Assembly (NCBI GenBank): GCA_030148805.1
Contig: JASBSS010000030.1
Location: 18,258 to 42,257, forward strand
Origin: Thiogranum sp.
Lineage (GTDB): Bacteria > Pseudomonadota > Gammaproteobacteria > DSM-19610
Reading direction: 5' to 3'
Length of the DNA: 24,000 nucleotides
This document shows, piece after piece, positions 1-8,039 of the stretch. A program made the translations under genes and the position numbers. Position 1 is the first letter of the stretch. Each line of letters starts with the position of its first letter. The notes beneath the pieces are model-generated. The model saw only the letters and a list, made by a program, of their open reading frames with translations, was not told the DNA's origin and searched no databases.

Positions 1-912
1 GTCGATTTCCTGCGAGCTATCAATACCGGAAAAAGTATCCAGTTACCCAATAAAGTCGCAATTATCGGCGGTGGTAATACCGCGATTGACGCAGCCCGTT
101 GTGCGCGCCGTTTAGGTGCTGAGGTCACGGTCATTTGTCCGCAAGAACCTCACGGCACACAGCCCGGGCATCCTGGCGCAGAAATACCTGCGTCGCTGGA
201 AGAGGTGTTGCAGGCTGAAGCCGAAGGTGTGCGCTTAGTTTACCGTGCTGGCATAAAACGCCTGGTCCGCAGTGGCGAGCACTTGTCGGGTTTGGAAATC
301 GCACGTGTTGACCGCTTGCATAACCTGCAGGGTGATTTTAAGCCAGTTTTATTTGAAGGCACTGAAGAATTTTTACCCGCAGGCTTTGCCATCTTCGCAA
401 TCGGTCAGGAAGTTAACTGGAAAGGCCTGGAAGCAGTGATAGAAAAACCCGCTAACAATATTACCGTTGGCGGCGACGCAGCCGGGAAACCGCGCTTTGC
501 CGCGACTGCCGTCGGCAGCGGGTTTCAGGGGGCGATGATTACAATCGCCAGCCTGACCGGTACACCCCCCGTGTATGAACAACATGAAAAAGCAGAAATC
601 ACGGTGAAGCAACTCCATCTTCCTTATTATCCCGCGGTCATAAGAAATGAATCCGCAATTTTAGAACGTTGGAAAGATAACGTTGAGCTTGTAACCGGTT
701 TCAACGAAGAGGTGACTCTGAATGAAGCGCAGCGTTGCCTGAGTTGTGGCGTTTGTTTTCAATGTGATAATTGCTGGCATTTTTGTCCTGATGCGGCGGT
801 CATAAAAAACGATACAGGTTATGAAATTGATTATGACTATTGCAAAGGTTGTGGTATCTGCGCACAAGAATGCCCCAGTGGGCACATCAATATGGAGATT
901 GTAACTACCTGA
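1..912 (+). CDS. GltD-like NAD(P)H-dependent flavin oxidoreductase with C-terminal 2x[4Fe-4S] ferredoxin domain (5' partial, continues upstream of window)
   Basis: Frame 1 is open from nt 1; the track start at 205 is an internal GTG. Translation from nt 1 gives VAIIGGGNTAIDAARCARRLGA, the dinucleotide-binding GxGxxA fold typical of the glutamate synthase small-subunit family. The C-terminus carries two cluster motifs, CLSCGVCFQCDNCWHFCP and CKGCGICAQECP. Codon usage is visibly AT-rich, unlike the rest of the window. Confidence 0.75.
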   Translation, partial: VDFLRAINTGKSIQLPNKVAIIGGGNTAIDAARCARRLGAEVTVICPQEPHGTQPGHPGAEIPASLEEVLQAEAEGVRLVYRAGIKRLVRSGEHLSGLEIARVDRLHNLQGDFKPVLFEGTEEFLPAGFAIFAIGQEVNWKGLEAVIEKPANNITVGGDAAGKPRFAATAVGSGFQGAMITIASLTGTPPVYEQHEKAEITVKQLHLPYYPAVIRNESAILERWKDNVELVTGFNEEVTLNEAQRCLSCGVCFQCDNCWHFCPDAAVIKNDTGYEIDYDYCKGCGICAQECPSGHINMEIVTT

Positions 913-1033
913 CACAGTGAAGGACTGAACGGAAACATGACAAGTTAAATTGAGGGATTTGAGCATGGGTAAAATTACCGACGTAAAGCAATTTGCCTAA
1001 GATGCAAAATTGTTATCTTGTAGATGATATTGA

Positions 1034-1330
1034 CTTACCACGCTTGGCGGTAAGCGGGGCGCGAAGATGCTGGCCGGGGCGGACAGTGTGAAGATTCACG
1101 GCGGGTGGATTCCGGTCAAAGCCAGGGTCGAGGTGATCCACGGGCTGTCGGGTCACGCCGGCTATGTGGAGCTGCAGCATTGGCTGGAGCGCTCGCGGCT
1201 AAGGAAAGACACGGCCATCAAACTGGTGCACGGTGAGCCGGACGATTTGGACGCCATGCGCGATCACCTGCAGCGCATCACTCACTACAACGTCGAGGTG
1301 GCCGGTTATCAAAGTATCCTGAAGGTGTAG
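1034..1330 (+). pseudogene. 5'-truncated remnant of a beta-CASP / MBL-fold metallo-hydrolase (only the C-terminal RNA-specificity region is left)
   Basis: The frame opens just after TGA at 1031-1033; the first ATG is at 1067. The translation ...SVKIHGGWIPVKARVEVIHGLSGHAGYVELQHWLERS...VHGEPD matches the extreme C-terminus of ~450-aa beta-CASP MBL hydrolases (consensus v.i.G..v.V.a.v..l.g.SaHAD..eL..wl...vfLvHGE). About 350 N-terminal residues, including the HxHxDH metal site, are absent. The truncation point coincides with the GC-content switch. Confidence 0.6.
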
Positions 1331-1341
1331 TACTCAACGCA

Positions 1342-2601
1342 ATGAACAACGGAGGCGGCATTTATTTGAAACATGACGACCACATTCTGGTATTCAACAG
1401 CGGCAGTTCCTCGCTGAAGTTTCAATTAGGTGCGGACATGCCGGACAGTACGTTGCGGGGCGTGGTGCGCGACCTTGGCGATGAAGCAGTCTGTGAGTGG
1501 ATCTATCACGGCCAACGGGAACGCGTTTCGGTTACCGCAAACGATCACGGCAGCGCCGCCCGATATGTCCTCACACTGCTGAACCAGATCACCGATGCGG
1601 GCGGCTCACTCCTCGATACGGTTACCGCGATCGGGCATCGCATCGTCCATGGCGGCGAAAGCTTTTTCGAACCAACGCTACTTACGAACAAAGCGTTGGC
1701 GGCGCTCGATGCCATGAGCCCTCTCGCGCCGCTGCACAATCCACCGGCGCTTGCGGTGATACGTGCGTGCCAGGAAGAACGCCCGGACCTTCCCCAGGTC
1801 GGCGTATTCGATACGGCGTTCTTCCACGCATTGCCTGATTACGTCCGCGCCTACGCGCTGCCCGCTGAATGGACAGAACAATCACAACCGATCCGGCGTT
1901 ACGGTTTCCACGGACTGGCACACCGCTGCATGGTCGAACGGTTTGCCACCATCCACGCTGCAAACGACACCTCGACCCGGGTCATCACGCTGCAACTGGG
2001 CCACGGCTGCTCGGTCGCCGCCATACGCAACGGGGAAGCGATCGAGACCAGCATGGGCTTCACACCGCTGGAAGGATTGATCATGGCCACCCGCCCGGGT
2101 GATCTTGATGCCGGGGTTCTATTGCATCTGCTGGAACGGGGTGTCGTCAGCATCACGGAGCTGAATGATGCTCTGAATCACCGATCCGGTTTGCTGGGCC
2201 TGTCCGGCGTCAGTGGCAATATGCAGGAATTGTTGGAACTGGAAGCACAAGGCCATGCCGGTGCGCACCTGGCTGTTGAGGCGTTTTGCCATCGCGCACG
2301 CAAGTACCTCGGCGCCTACCTGGCCGTGCTCGGCGGCGCCGACGCGATTGCCTTTGGCGGCGGCATTGGCGAGCACGCAGCCGCCATCCGAGCGCGTATC
2401 TGCGCCGGGATGGCGTGGTGCGGACTGCAACTGGATGAACATTCCAATCACTCAGTCGAGGGAGCAGAGGCATGCATTAGCGCGGCGGATGCCGCTATCG
2501 CGGCCTACGTGATTCCGGTCGACGAGGAATTACTCATTGCACGGGATACCGTGAATTGTCTGAGCACGACTCATGCCCAAGACAGTCGTTATTCCAATTG
2601 A
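1342..2601 (+). CDS. ackA: acetate kinase
   Basis: 419 aa with an ATG start. Hallmark motifs are present: [75 protein letters not shown] and FGGGIGEH. Confidence 0.92.
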   Translation: MNNGGGIYLKHDDHILVFNSGSSSLKFQLGADMPDSTLRGVVRDLGDEAVCEWIYHGQRERVSVTANDHGSAARYVLTLLNQITDAGGSLLDTVTAIGHRIVHGGESFFEPTLLTNKALAALDAMSPLAPLHNPPALAVIRACQEERPDLPQVGVFDTAFFHALPDYVRAYALPAEWTEQSQPIRRYGFHGLAHRCMVERFATIHAANDTSTRVITLQLGHGCSVAAIRNGEAIETSMGFTPLEGLIMATRPGDLDAGVLLHLLERGVVSITELNDALNHRSGLLGLSGVSGNMQELLELEAQGHAGAHLAVEAFCHRARKYLGAYLAVLGGADAIAFGGGIGEHAAAIRARICAGMAWCGLQLDEHSNHSVEGAEACISAADAAIAAYVIPVDEELLIARDTVNCLSTTHAQDSRYSN

Positions 2602-2618
2602 ACATGGAGGAAAAAACC

Positions 2619-5033
2619 ATGGATAAAAAAAATCAGAACGCACAGCCCGAGACCCACAACGGGCCAGGCACGCTGGAGGCGGACGAATTGCGCAACATGG
2701 ATGCCTACTGGCGGGCGGCGAATTACCTGTCGGTGGGGCAGATCTATCTGTTGGATAATCCGCTGCTCACCGAGCCGCTGACACTGGCGCATGTCAAGCA
2801 GCGACTGCTCGGGCACTGGGGCACCACCCCAGGTTTGAATTTCATCTACGTGCACCTGAACCGCGTGATCAGGGCACAGGATCTCAATGTGATCTATGTG
2901 GCCGGTCCCGGCCACGGCGGCCCGGGGCTGGTCGCCAACACCTGGCTGGAAGGCAGTTACAGTGAGTTTTACCCGAATATTTCGCAGAATGTTGCCGGCA
3001 TGCAACGGTTGTTCAAGCAGTTTTCCTTTCCGGGTGGAATACCGAGCCACGTGGCACCGGAGACGCCGGGTTCCATCCATGAGGGCGGCGAGCTTGGCTA
3101 CGCCCTGTCACATGCGTACGGCGCGGTGTTCGATAATCCTGACCTCATCGCCGCTTGTGTAGTGGGTGATGGCGAGGCCGAGACCGGGCCGCTCGCCACC
3201 GCCTGGCATTCCAACAAGTTTCTCAATCCGGCCAACGATGGTGCGGTACTGCCAATCCTGCACCTCAATGGCTACAAGATCGCCAATCCCACCGTGCTGG
3301 CGCGCATCCCGCGCGAGGAACTGGAGAGCCTGTTCATCGGTTATGGCTATCAGCCGTATTTCGTCGAGGGTGCCGATCCGGAAGATATGCATCAACTGAT
3401 GGCTGACACGATGGACAAGGCAATTGCCGATATCAGGGCGATCCAGCATGCGGCGCGCAACGAAGGCGCAACGCAGCGGCCACGCTGGCCGATGATCATC
3501 CTGAAAACGCCCAAGGGTTGGACCGGGCCAAAAGAAGTCGATGGCAAAAAGGCGGAAGGGTATTGGCGTTCTCACCAGGTCCCGTTTGCCGAACTGGCTG
3601 AGAAACCGGAGCACCTCAAACTGCTCGAGAAATGGATGCAGAGCTATCGCCCCGACGAGTTGTTCGATGAAAACGGTCGCCTGATGCCTGAACTGGCGGC
3701 GCTGGCGCCACAGGGCGAACGGCGTATGGGCGCCAATCCGCACGCCAACGGCGGGCTATTGCTTAAGGATCTGCAGCTGCCGGACTTCCGCGACTATGCC
3801 GTCAAGGTGACTGATCCCGGCGCTGGGCAGGCGGAATCGACGCGGGTCATGGGCGCCTACCTGCGTGACGTGATGAAGCGCAACCTGCCAACGCGGAACT
3901 TCCGCGTGATGGGTCCGGACGAGACCAACTCCAACCGCCTCGGTGCGCTGTTCGAGGTGACCGATCGAGCCTGGCTGGCTGAGACCCTTCCGGAGGACGA
4001 TCACCTGGCACCCGACGGGCGCGTGATGGAGATCCTCTCCGAACACACCTGCCAGGGCTGGCTGGAAGGCTACTTGCTCACCGGCCGACACGGCCTGTTT
4101 TCCTGCTACGAGGCCTTCATCCACATCATCGATTCCATGTTCAACCAGCACGCCAAGTGGCTGAAGGTGACCAACGACGAAATCCCCTGGCGCCGGCCGA
4201 TCGCCTCGCTAAATTACCTGCTGACTTCGCATGTCTGGCGCCAGGATCACAACGGCTTCTCGCACCAGGACCCCGGCTTTATCGATCACGTGGTCAATAA
4301 AAAGGCGGATGTCATAAGGGTATATTTACCGCCCGATGCGAATACGCTGCTGTGTGTCACTGACTGTTGCCTGCGCTCGCGCAATTTCGTCAATGTGATT
4401 GTGGCCGGTAAACAGATGCAGCCGCAGTGGCTTGATATGGAAGCGGCCATCAAGCACTGCACAGCCGGTATCGGTATCTGGGAGTGGGCCAGCAACGACC
4501 AGGGCGGTGAGCCGGACGTGGTGATGGCCTGTGCCGGTGATGTGCCAACCCTGGAGACGCTGGCGGCGGTGGATATCCTGCGCCGCCATCTGCCCGACCT
4601 CAAGGTGCGGGTGATCAACGTGGTGGATCTCATGACCTTGCAGGACCAGGCAGAGCACCCCCACGGCCTCTCGCACAAGGACTTCGATACGCTGTTCACA
4701 ACCGACAAACCGATCATCTTCGCCTATCACGGTTATCCCTGGTTGATCCATCGCCTGACCTATCGGCGCACCAATCACAGAAACCTGCACGTGCGCGGTT
4801 ACAAGGAAGAGGGCACCACCACTACGCCGTTCGACATGGTGGTACGAAACGACATGGACCGGTTTGACCTGGTGGCGGACGTCATCGATCGCGTGCCACA
4901 TCTGGGATCGCGGGCGGCCTATCTCAAGCAATGGCTGCGCTATAAACATATTGAGCACCGGCAATACATCACCGAGCATGGGATAGACATGCCGGAGGTG
5001 ACAGAGTGGCAATGGGATACAACTACGAACTGA
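2619..5033 (+). CDS. xfp: xylulose-5-phosphate/fructose-6-phosphate phosphoketolase
   Basis: About 804 aa. Motifs: [42 protein letters not shown] (TPP site), [24 protein letters not shown] and [18 protein letters not shown] chose the ATG at 2619 because GGAGGA at 2606-2611 precedes it by 7 nt. The track start at 2556 is a TTG inside ackA. Confidence 0.93.
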   Translation: MDKKNQNAQPETHNGPGTLEADELRNMDAYWRAANYLSVGQIYLLDNPLLTEPLTLAHVKQRLLGHWGTTPGLNFIYVHLNRVIRAQDLNVIYVAGPGHGGPGLVANTWLEGSYSEFYPNISQNVAGMQRLFKQFSFPGGIPSHVAPETPGSIHEGGELGYALSHAYGAVFDNPDLIAACVVGDGEAETGPLATAWHSNKFLNPANDGAVLPILHLNGYKIANPTVLARIPREELESLFIGYGYQPYFVEGADPEDMHQLMADTMDKAIADIRAIQHAARNEGATQRPRWPMIILKTPKGWTGPKEVDGKKAEGYWRSHQVPFAELAEKPEHLKLLEKWMQSYRPDELFDENGRLMPELAALAPQGERRMGANPHANGGLLLKDLQLPDFRDYAVKVTDPGAGQAESTRVMGAYLRDVMKRNLPTRNFRVMGPDETNSNRLGALFEVTDRAWLAETLPEDDHLAPDGRVMEILSEHTCQGWLEGYLLTGRHGLFSCYEAFIHIIDSMFNQHAKWLKVTNDEIPWRRPIASLNYLLTSHVWRQDHNGFSHQDPGFIDHVVNKKADVIRVYLPPDANTLLCVTDCCLRSRNFVNVIVAGKQMQPQWLDMEAAIKHCTAGIGIWEWASNDQGGEPDVVMACAGDVPTLETLAAVDILRRHLPDLKVRVINVVDLMTLQDQAEHPHGLSHKDFDTLFTTDKPIIFAYHGYPWLIHRLTYRRTNHRNLHVRGYKEEGTTTTPFDMVVRNDMDRFDLVADVIDRVPHLGSRAAYLKQWLRYKHIEHRQYITEHGIDMPEVTEWQWDTTTN

Positions 5034-5043
5034 GGAGAGCCTT

Positions 5044-5220
5044 ATGGAATGGTTAGCGGAAAATTGGTTCTGGGTGCTTATCGGCATCCTGTTTGTGGCT
5101 ATGCACATGTTCGGCCATGGTGGGCACGGGGGGCATGGCGGAACTGGTGGGCACGGCGGACATGGCAACTCGGCTAAACCGGATGACGGGCCGGACAGGC
5201 CATCAGGACATCAACACTGA
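5044..5220 (+). CDS. DUF2933-like small membrane protein with a His/Gly-rich tail (58 aa; below the ORF-track size cut-off)
   Basis: Hand translation gives MEWLAENWFWVLIGILFVAMHMFGHGGHGGHGGTGGHGGHGNSAKPDDGPDRPSGHQH*. GGAGAG at 5034-5039 lies 4 nt upstream of the ATG. One N-terminal TM helix followed by a (HGG)n tail is the architecture I associate with DUF2933 proteins of metal-resistance loci. Confidence 0.6.
   Translation: MEWLAENWFWVLIGILFVAMHMFGHGGHGGHGGTGGHGGHGNSAKPDDGPDRPSGHQH
5116..5166 (+). repeat. in-frame 9-nt tandem repeat (CAY GGN GGN) encoding HGGHGGHGGTGGHGGHG
   Basis: Read directly from the sequence: cat ggt ggg cac ggg ggg cat ggc gga act ggt ggg cac ggc gga cat ggc. The antisense reading produces the spurious MPCPPCPPVPPCPPCPP start of track ORF 4326..5168(-). 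Confidence 0.7.
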
Positions 5221-5233
5221 CGGAGGGCAAAAC

Positions 5234-5491
5234 ATGCTTAATACGAAACTGGTCAGTTGGGCACTGGGGCTCTTTGCGGGGGTCACCTTCATCGTGTGCG
5301 TGATCTATGGACTGGTGACGCCCCAAAGCCTGCATATGCACGAATTTCTCGAACAGATACTGCCGGCTTTTAAATGGCTTACCTGGTGGGGTTTCCTGCT
5401 TGGATTGATCGAGAGCTTTCTTTACGGCGTCTATGCCGGGCTGGTGTTCTGCCCGATCTACAACGCGCTTCACCGCCGCTTCGGCGCCTGA
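5234..5491 (+). CDS. small (85 aa) multi-pass membrane protein, possibly DUF5676-like
   Basis: ATG at 5234 is preceded by GGAGGG at 5222-5227. The product MLNTKLVSWALGLFAGVTFIVCVIYGLV...WLTWWGFLLGLIESFLYGVYAGLVFCPIYNAL has two clear hydrophobic segments. The track ORF 5093..5491 is the same frame with an implausible upstream extension overlapping the previous gene. The family assignment is from memory only. Confidence 0.5.
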   Translation: MLNTKLVSWALGLFAGVTFIVCVIYGLVTPQSLHMHEFLEQILPAFKWLTWWGFLLGLIESFLYGVYAGLVFCPIYNALHRRFGA

Positions 5492-5505
5492 CGAGGGAAC
5501 CGGCA

Positions 5506-6981
5506 ATGGAAAAACGCCAACAGTTCTCGATCTGGTATTTCATCGCCGTCTTCCTGTTGATCATGGCGGTACAGAACGACCTGTACGGCCGGCACACCGA
5601 AACCCTGTCTTACGACAACTTCAAGATCATGCTCAAGGCCGGAAAGCTGACTGACGTCGCAATCGGTGAGAGGACCCTGAGGGGCGGATTGATCAATGAA
5701 GGATTGGAGGAACTGCTGCCGAAGGAAAAGCTCAATGAACTGCGCAAATCCGGCGATGGACCGCACCGCTTCGTCACTGTGCGGGTAGACGATCCGGATC
5801 TGATCAAGGAGCTGGAAGCCGCCAAGGTGCGTTTCGCCGGCGTGATCGAGAGCAACTGGTTTCGCACGTTGCTGTCGTGGGTGCTGCCGGCGGTTGTTTT
5901 CGTCGGCATCTGGATGTTGCTGATGAAACGCATGGGTGCGGCGGGCGGTATGCTCGAGATCGGCAAGAGCAAGGCCAAGATCTATGTGGAGAAGGACACG
6001 CGGGCGTCTTTCAACGACGTCGCCGGCGTGGACAAGGCCAAGGAGGAACTGGAAGAAGTCGTCACCTTCCTGAAGGAACCCGGGCGCTTCGACCGTCAGG
6101 TGTTGGTGGACCGGCCCGACAAGATCGGCCGGATGCAAATCCTGCAGGTACATCTCAAGAAGGTCATGCTCGCGCCCGGCGTCGACGTGGAGCAGATCGT
6201 GGCGCTCACGCCCGGCTTCTCCGGCGCCGACCTCGCTAACCTGATCAACGAGGCGGCGCTGCTCGCCACTCGCCGAGGCGCCGAGGGCGTGGCGCTCGAC
6301 GATTTCACCCGTGCCGTCGAACGCATCGTCGCCGGTCTGGAGAAAAAGAACCGTCTGCTCAATCCCAAGGAACGCGAGGTGGTGGCGCATCACGAGATGG
6401 GGCATGCGCTGGTGGCCATGGCGCTGCCCGGCACGGACCCGGTACACAAGGTCTCCATCATCCCGCGCGGCATCGGCGCCCTGGGCTATACCATCCAGCG
6501 CCCGACCGAGGACCGCTTTCTCATGACCCGCGAGGAACTGGAAAACAAGATGGCGGTGCTGCTCGGCGGCCGGGCGGCTGAGCAAATTGTGTTCGGCCAT
6601 CTGTCCACCGGCGCCGCCGACGATCTCGCCAAGGCAACTGACATTGCGCGCAGCATGGTGATGCGGTACGGCATGGACGAGAAGCTCGGTCATGTGGCGC
6701 TGGAGTCCAGCCGCCCGGCGTTCCTGGACCTGCCCGGCGCCTTTCCGCCCGTGCGCGAATACAGCGAGGCGACTGCGCACGAGGTCGATTGCGCCGTGCG
6801 CGCCATCGTGCAGGCGGCGTTCGAGCGGGCTGTACAGTTGCTCACCGAGCGGCGCGACACACTCGACCGCGGCGCACGGCAGTTACTCGCCCAAGAGACA
6901 CTGAGCGGGGAGGACGTGCAGACCTTGCTGCAAGCACCGCTGCCTGCAGCAGCCGCCAAACCGGAAGGAGGATTCTCATGA
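5506..6981 (+). CDS. FtsH-family zinc metalloprotease paralog lacking the AAA+ ATPase core (in-frame internal deletion; possibly a pseudogene)
   Basis: ATG at 5506 follows GAGGGA at 5493-5498. The 491-aa product has TM1 FSIWYFIAVFLLIMAV, a periplasmic segment and TM2 LLSWVLPAVVFVGIWMLLM. It then reads FNDVAGVDKAKEELEEVVTFLKEPGRF|DRQVLVDRPDKIGRMQILQVH..TPGFSGADLANLINEAALLA (AAA lid), followed by HHEMGHALV (HExxH) and TGAADDLAKATDIARSMV (M41 peptidase). No GPPGTGKT, DExD or pore-loop FVG is present in any frame. Confidence 0.8.
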   Translation: MEKRQQFSIWYFIAVFLLIMAVQNDLYGRHTETLSYDNFKIMLKAGKLTDVAIGERTLRGGLINEGLEELLPKEKLNELRKSGDGPHRFVTVRVDDPDLIKELEAAKVRFAGVIESNWFRTLLSWVLPAVVFVGIWMLLMKRMGAAGGMLEIGKSKAKIYVEKDTRASFNDVAGVDKAKEELEEVVTFLKEPGRFDRQVLVDRPDKIGRMQILQVHLKKVMLAPGVDVEQIVALTPGFSGADLANLINEAALLATRRGAEGVALDDFTRAVERIVAGLEKKNRLLNPKEREVVAHHEMGHALVAMALPGTDPVHKVSIIPRGIGALGYTIQRPTEDRFLMTREELENKMAVLLGGRAAEQIVFGHLSTGAADDLAKATDIARSMVMRYGMDEKLGHVALESSRPAFLDLPGAFPPVREYSEATAHEVDCAVRAIVQAAFERAVQLLTERRDTLDRGARQLLAQETLSGEDVQTLLQAPLPAAAAKPEGGFS

Positions 6982-8039
6982 CCACAGCCGAACTGGAAAA
7001 GACCGTGCAGCAGCTGACCGCGCCGGGCAAGGGCATCCTTGCGGCGGACGAGAGCACTGGCACGATCGAGATGCGCTTCAAGGCCGTGAACGTGCCCTGC
7101 ACCGAGCAGACCCGGCGCGCCTACCGCGAGATGCTGTTCACCACGCCGGGACTGGGTGACTACATCAGCGGCGTGATTCTGTTCGAGGAAACGCTGAAGC
7201 AAACCAACGCCGCGGGAGTGGCGTTCCCGCAGCTGCTCACTGGGCAGGGCATCGTCCCCGGCATCAAGGTGGACAAAGGCACGGTGGCGCTGCCCGGGTT
7301 CCCCGGCGAGAAGGTGACCCAGGGTCTCGACGGGTTGGCGGAGCGGCTGGCCGAGTACAGGAAATCCGGCGCGCGCTTCGCCAAGTGGCGCGCGGTGCTC
7401 GCGATCGGCGCCGGCATGCCGAGCGCCGCGGGGATTGATGCGAACGCACACGCACTGGCGCGTTACGCGGCAATCTGCCAGGACCAGGACCTGGTGCCGA
7501 TCGTTGAACCGGAGGTGTTGATGGACGGCGACCATGATATCGCGACCTGTGCGCGCGTGACCGAGAATGTGTTGCATGCGGTGTTTCACGCACTGCATCG
7601 TCAGCGCGTCGCGCTGGAGTTCATGCTGCTCAAGCCGAACATGGTCATCGCGGGCAGCGCCTGCCCCAAACAGGCTACGCCCGAGGAAGTCGCGGCGGCG
7701 ACTCTGTCCCGCCTGCGGCGCACGGTGCCGCCGGCCGTGCCGGGTATCTACTTCCTCTCCGGTGGGCAGAGTGAGGCAGTTGCAACCACAAATCTCAATG
7801 CCATGAACGCCAGCGCGGTAAAACGACCATGGATTTTGAGTTTTTCATACGGGCGTGCCCTTCAGGCGCCAGCGCTCGACGCCTGGCGTGGTGAGGCCGC
7901 GAACCAGGTCGCGGCCCAGCAGGCGCTCGCCAAGCGGGCGCGCCTGAACGCGGCGGCGCGTGAAGGACGATATACCGCCGCCATGGAGCAGGGTCGCCGG
8001 GTTAACGTTGGAGATGAACCAGTAGGAGATAAATCATGA
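6978..8039 (+). CDS. fba: fructose-bisphosphate aldolase, class I (Schiff-base type)
   Basis: ATG at 6978 overlaps the ftsH-like stop (ATGA), with GGAGGA at 6966-6971. Motifs: [56 protein letters not shown] (catalytic Lys context) and FLSGGQS. The track start at 6789 lies inside the upstream gene. Confidence 0.88.
   Translation: MTTAELEKTVQQLTAPGKGILAADESTGTIEMRFKAVNVPCTEQTRRAYREMLFTTPGLGDYISGVILFEETLKQTNAAGVAFPQLLTGQGIVPGIKVDKGTVALPGFPGEKVTQGLDGLAERLAEYRKSGARFAKWRAVLAIGAGMPSAAGIDANAHALARYAAICQDQDLVPIVEPEVLMDGDHDIATCARVTENVLHAVFHALHRQRVALEFMLLKPNMVIAGSACPKQATPEEVAAATLSRLRRTVPPAVPGIYFLSGGQSEAVATTNLNAMNASAVKRPWILSFSYGRALQAPALDAWRGEAANQVAAQQALAKRARLNAAAREGRYTAAMEQGRRVNVGDEPVGDKS

Noticed and set aside
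967-1001. A 35-nt stretch, GGGTAAAATTACCGACGTAAAGCAATTTGCCTAAG, that superficially resembles a Tn3-family terminal inverted repeat (GGGG...ACGCTAAG) near the compositional junction.
   Set aside because: It has only three leading G and is 35 rather than 38 nt. I could not find an inverted partner in the window, and there is no transposase or resolvase. It also lies ~35 nt on the AT-rich side of the junction rather than at it. The resemblance is limited to the two ends and could be chance.
2556-2618. Upstream extensions offered by the ORF track: xfp from TTG 2556, ftsH' from 5374, fba from 6789, cytochrome c from 11504, the small membrane protein from 5093, and cti from 19789.
   Set aside because: Each extension overlaps the preceding gene or lacks homology-like sequence. 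Each has a better internal ATG with a Shine-Dalgarno sequence at proper spacing.
5470-6780. Long antisense ORFs opposite real genes. Examples are 5470..6780(-) at 436 aa, 4326..5168(-), 6690..7598(-), 8677..9531(-), 3108..3743(-), 10720..11370(-), 13990..14793(-), 22345..23148(-) and 23221..23982(-).
   Set aside because: All lie opposite ORFs with unmistakable family motifs. They have low-complexity Arg/Ala/Pro/Gly/Ser-rich translations typical of shadow frames in >60% GC DNA, and none has a recognisable motif or RBS.
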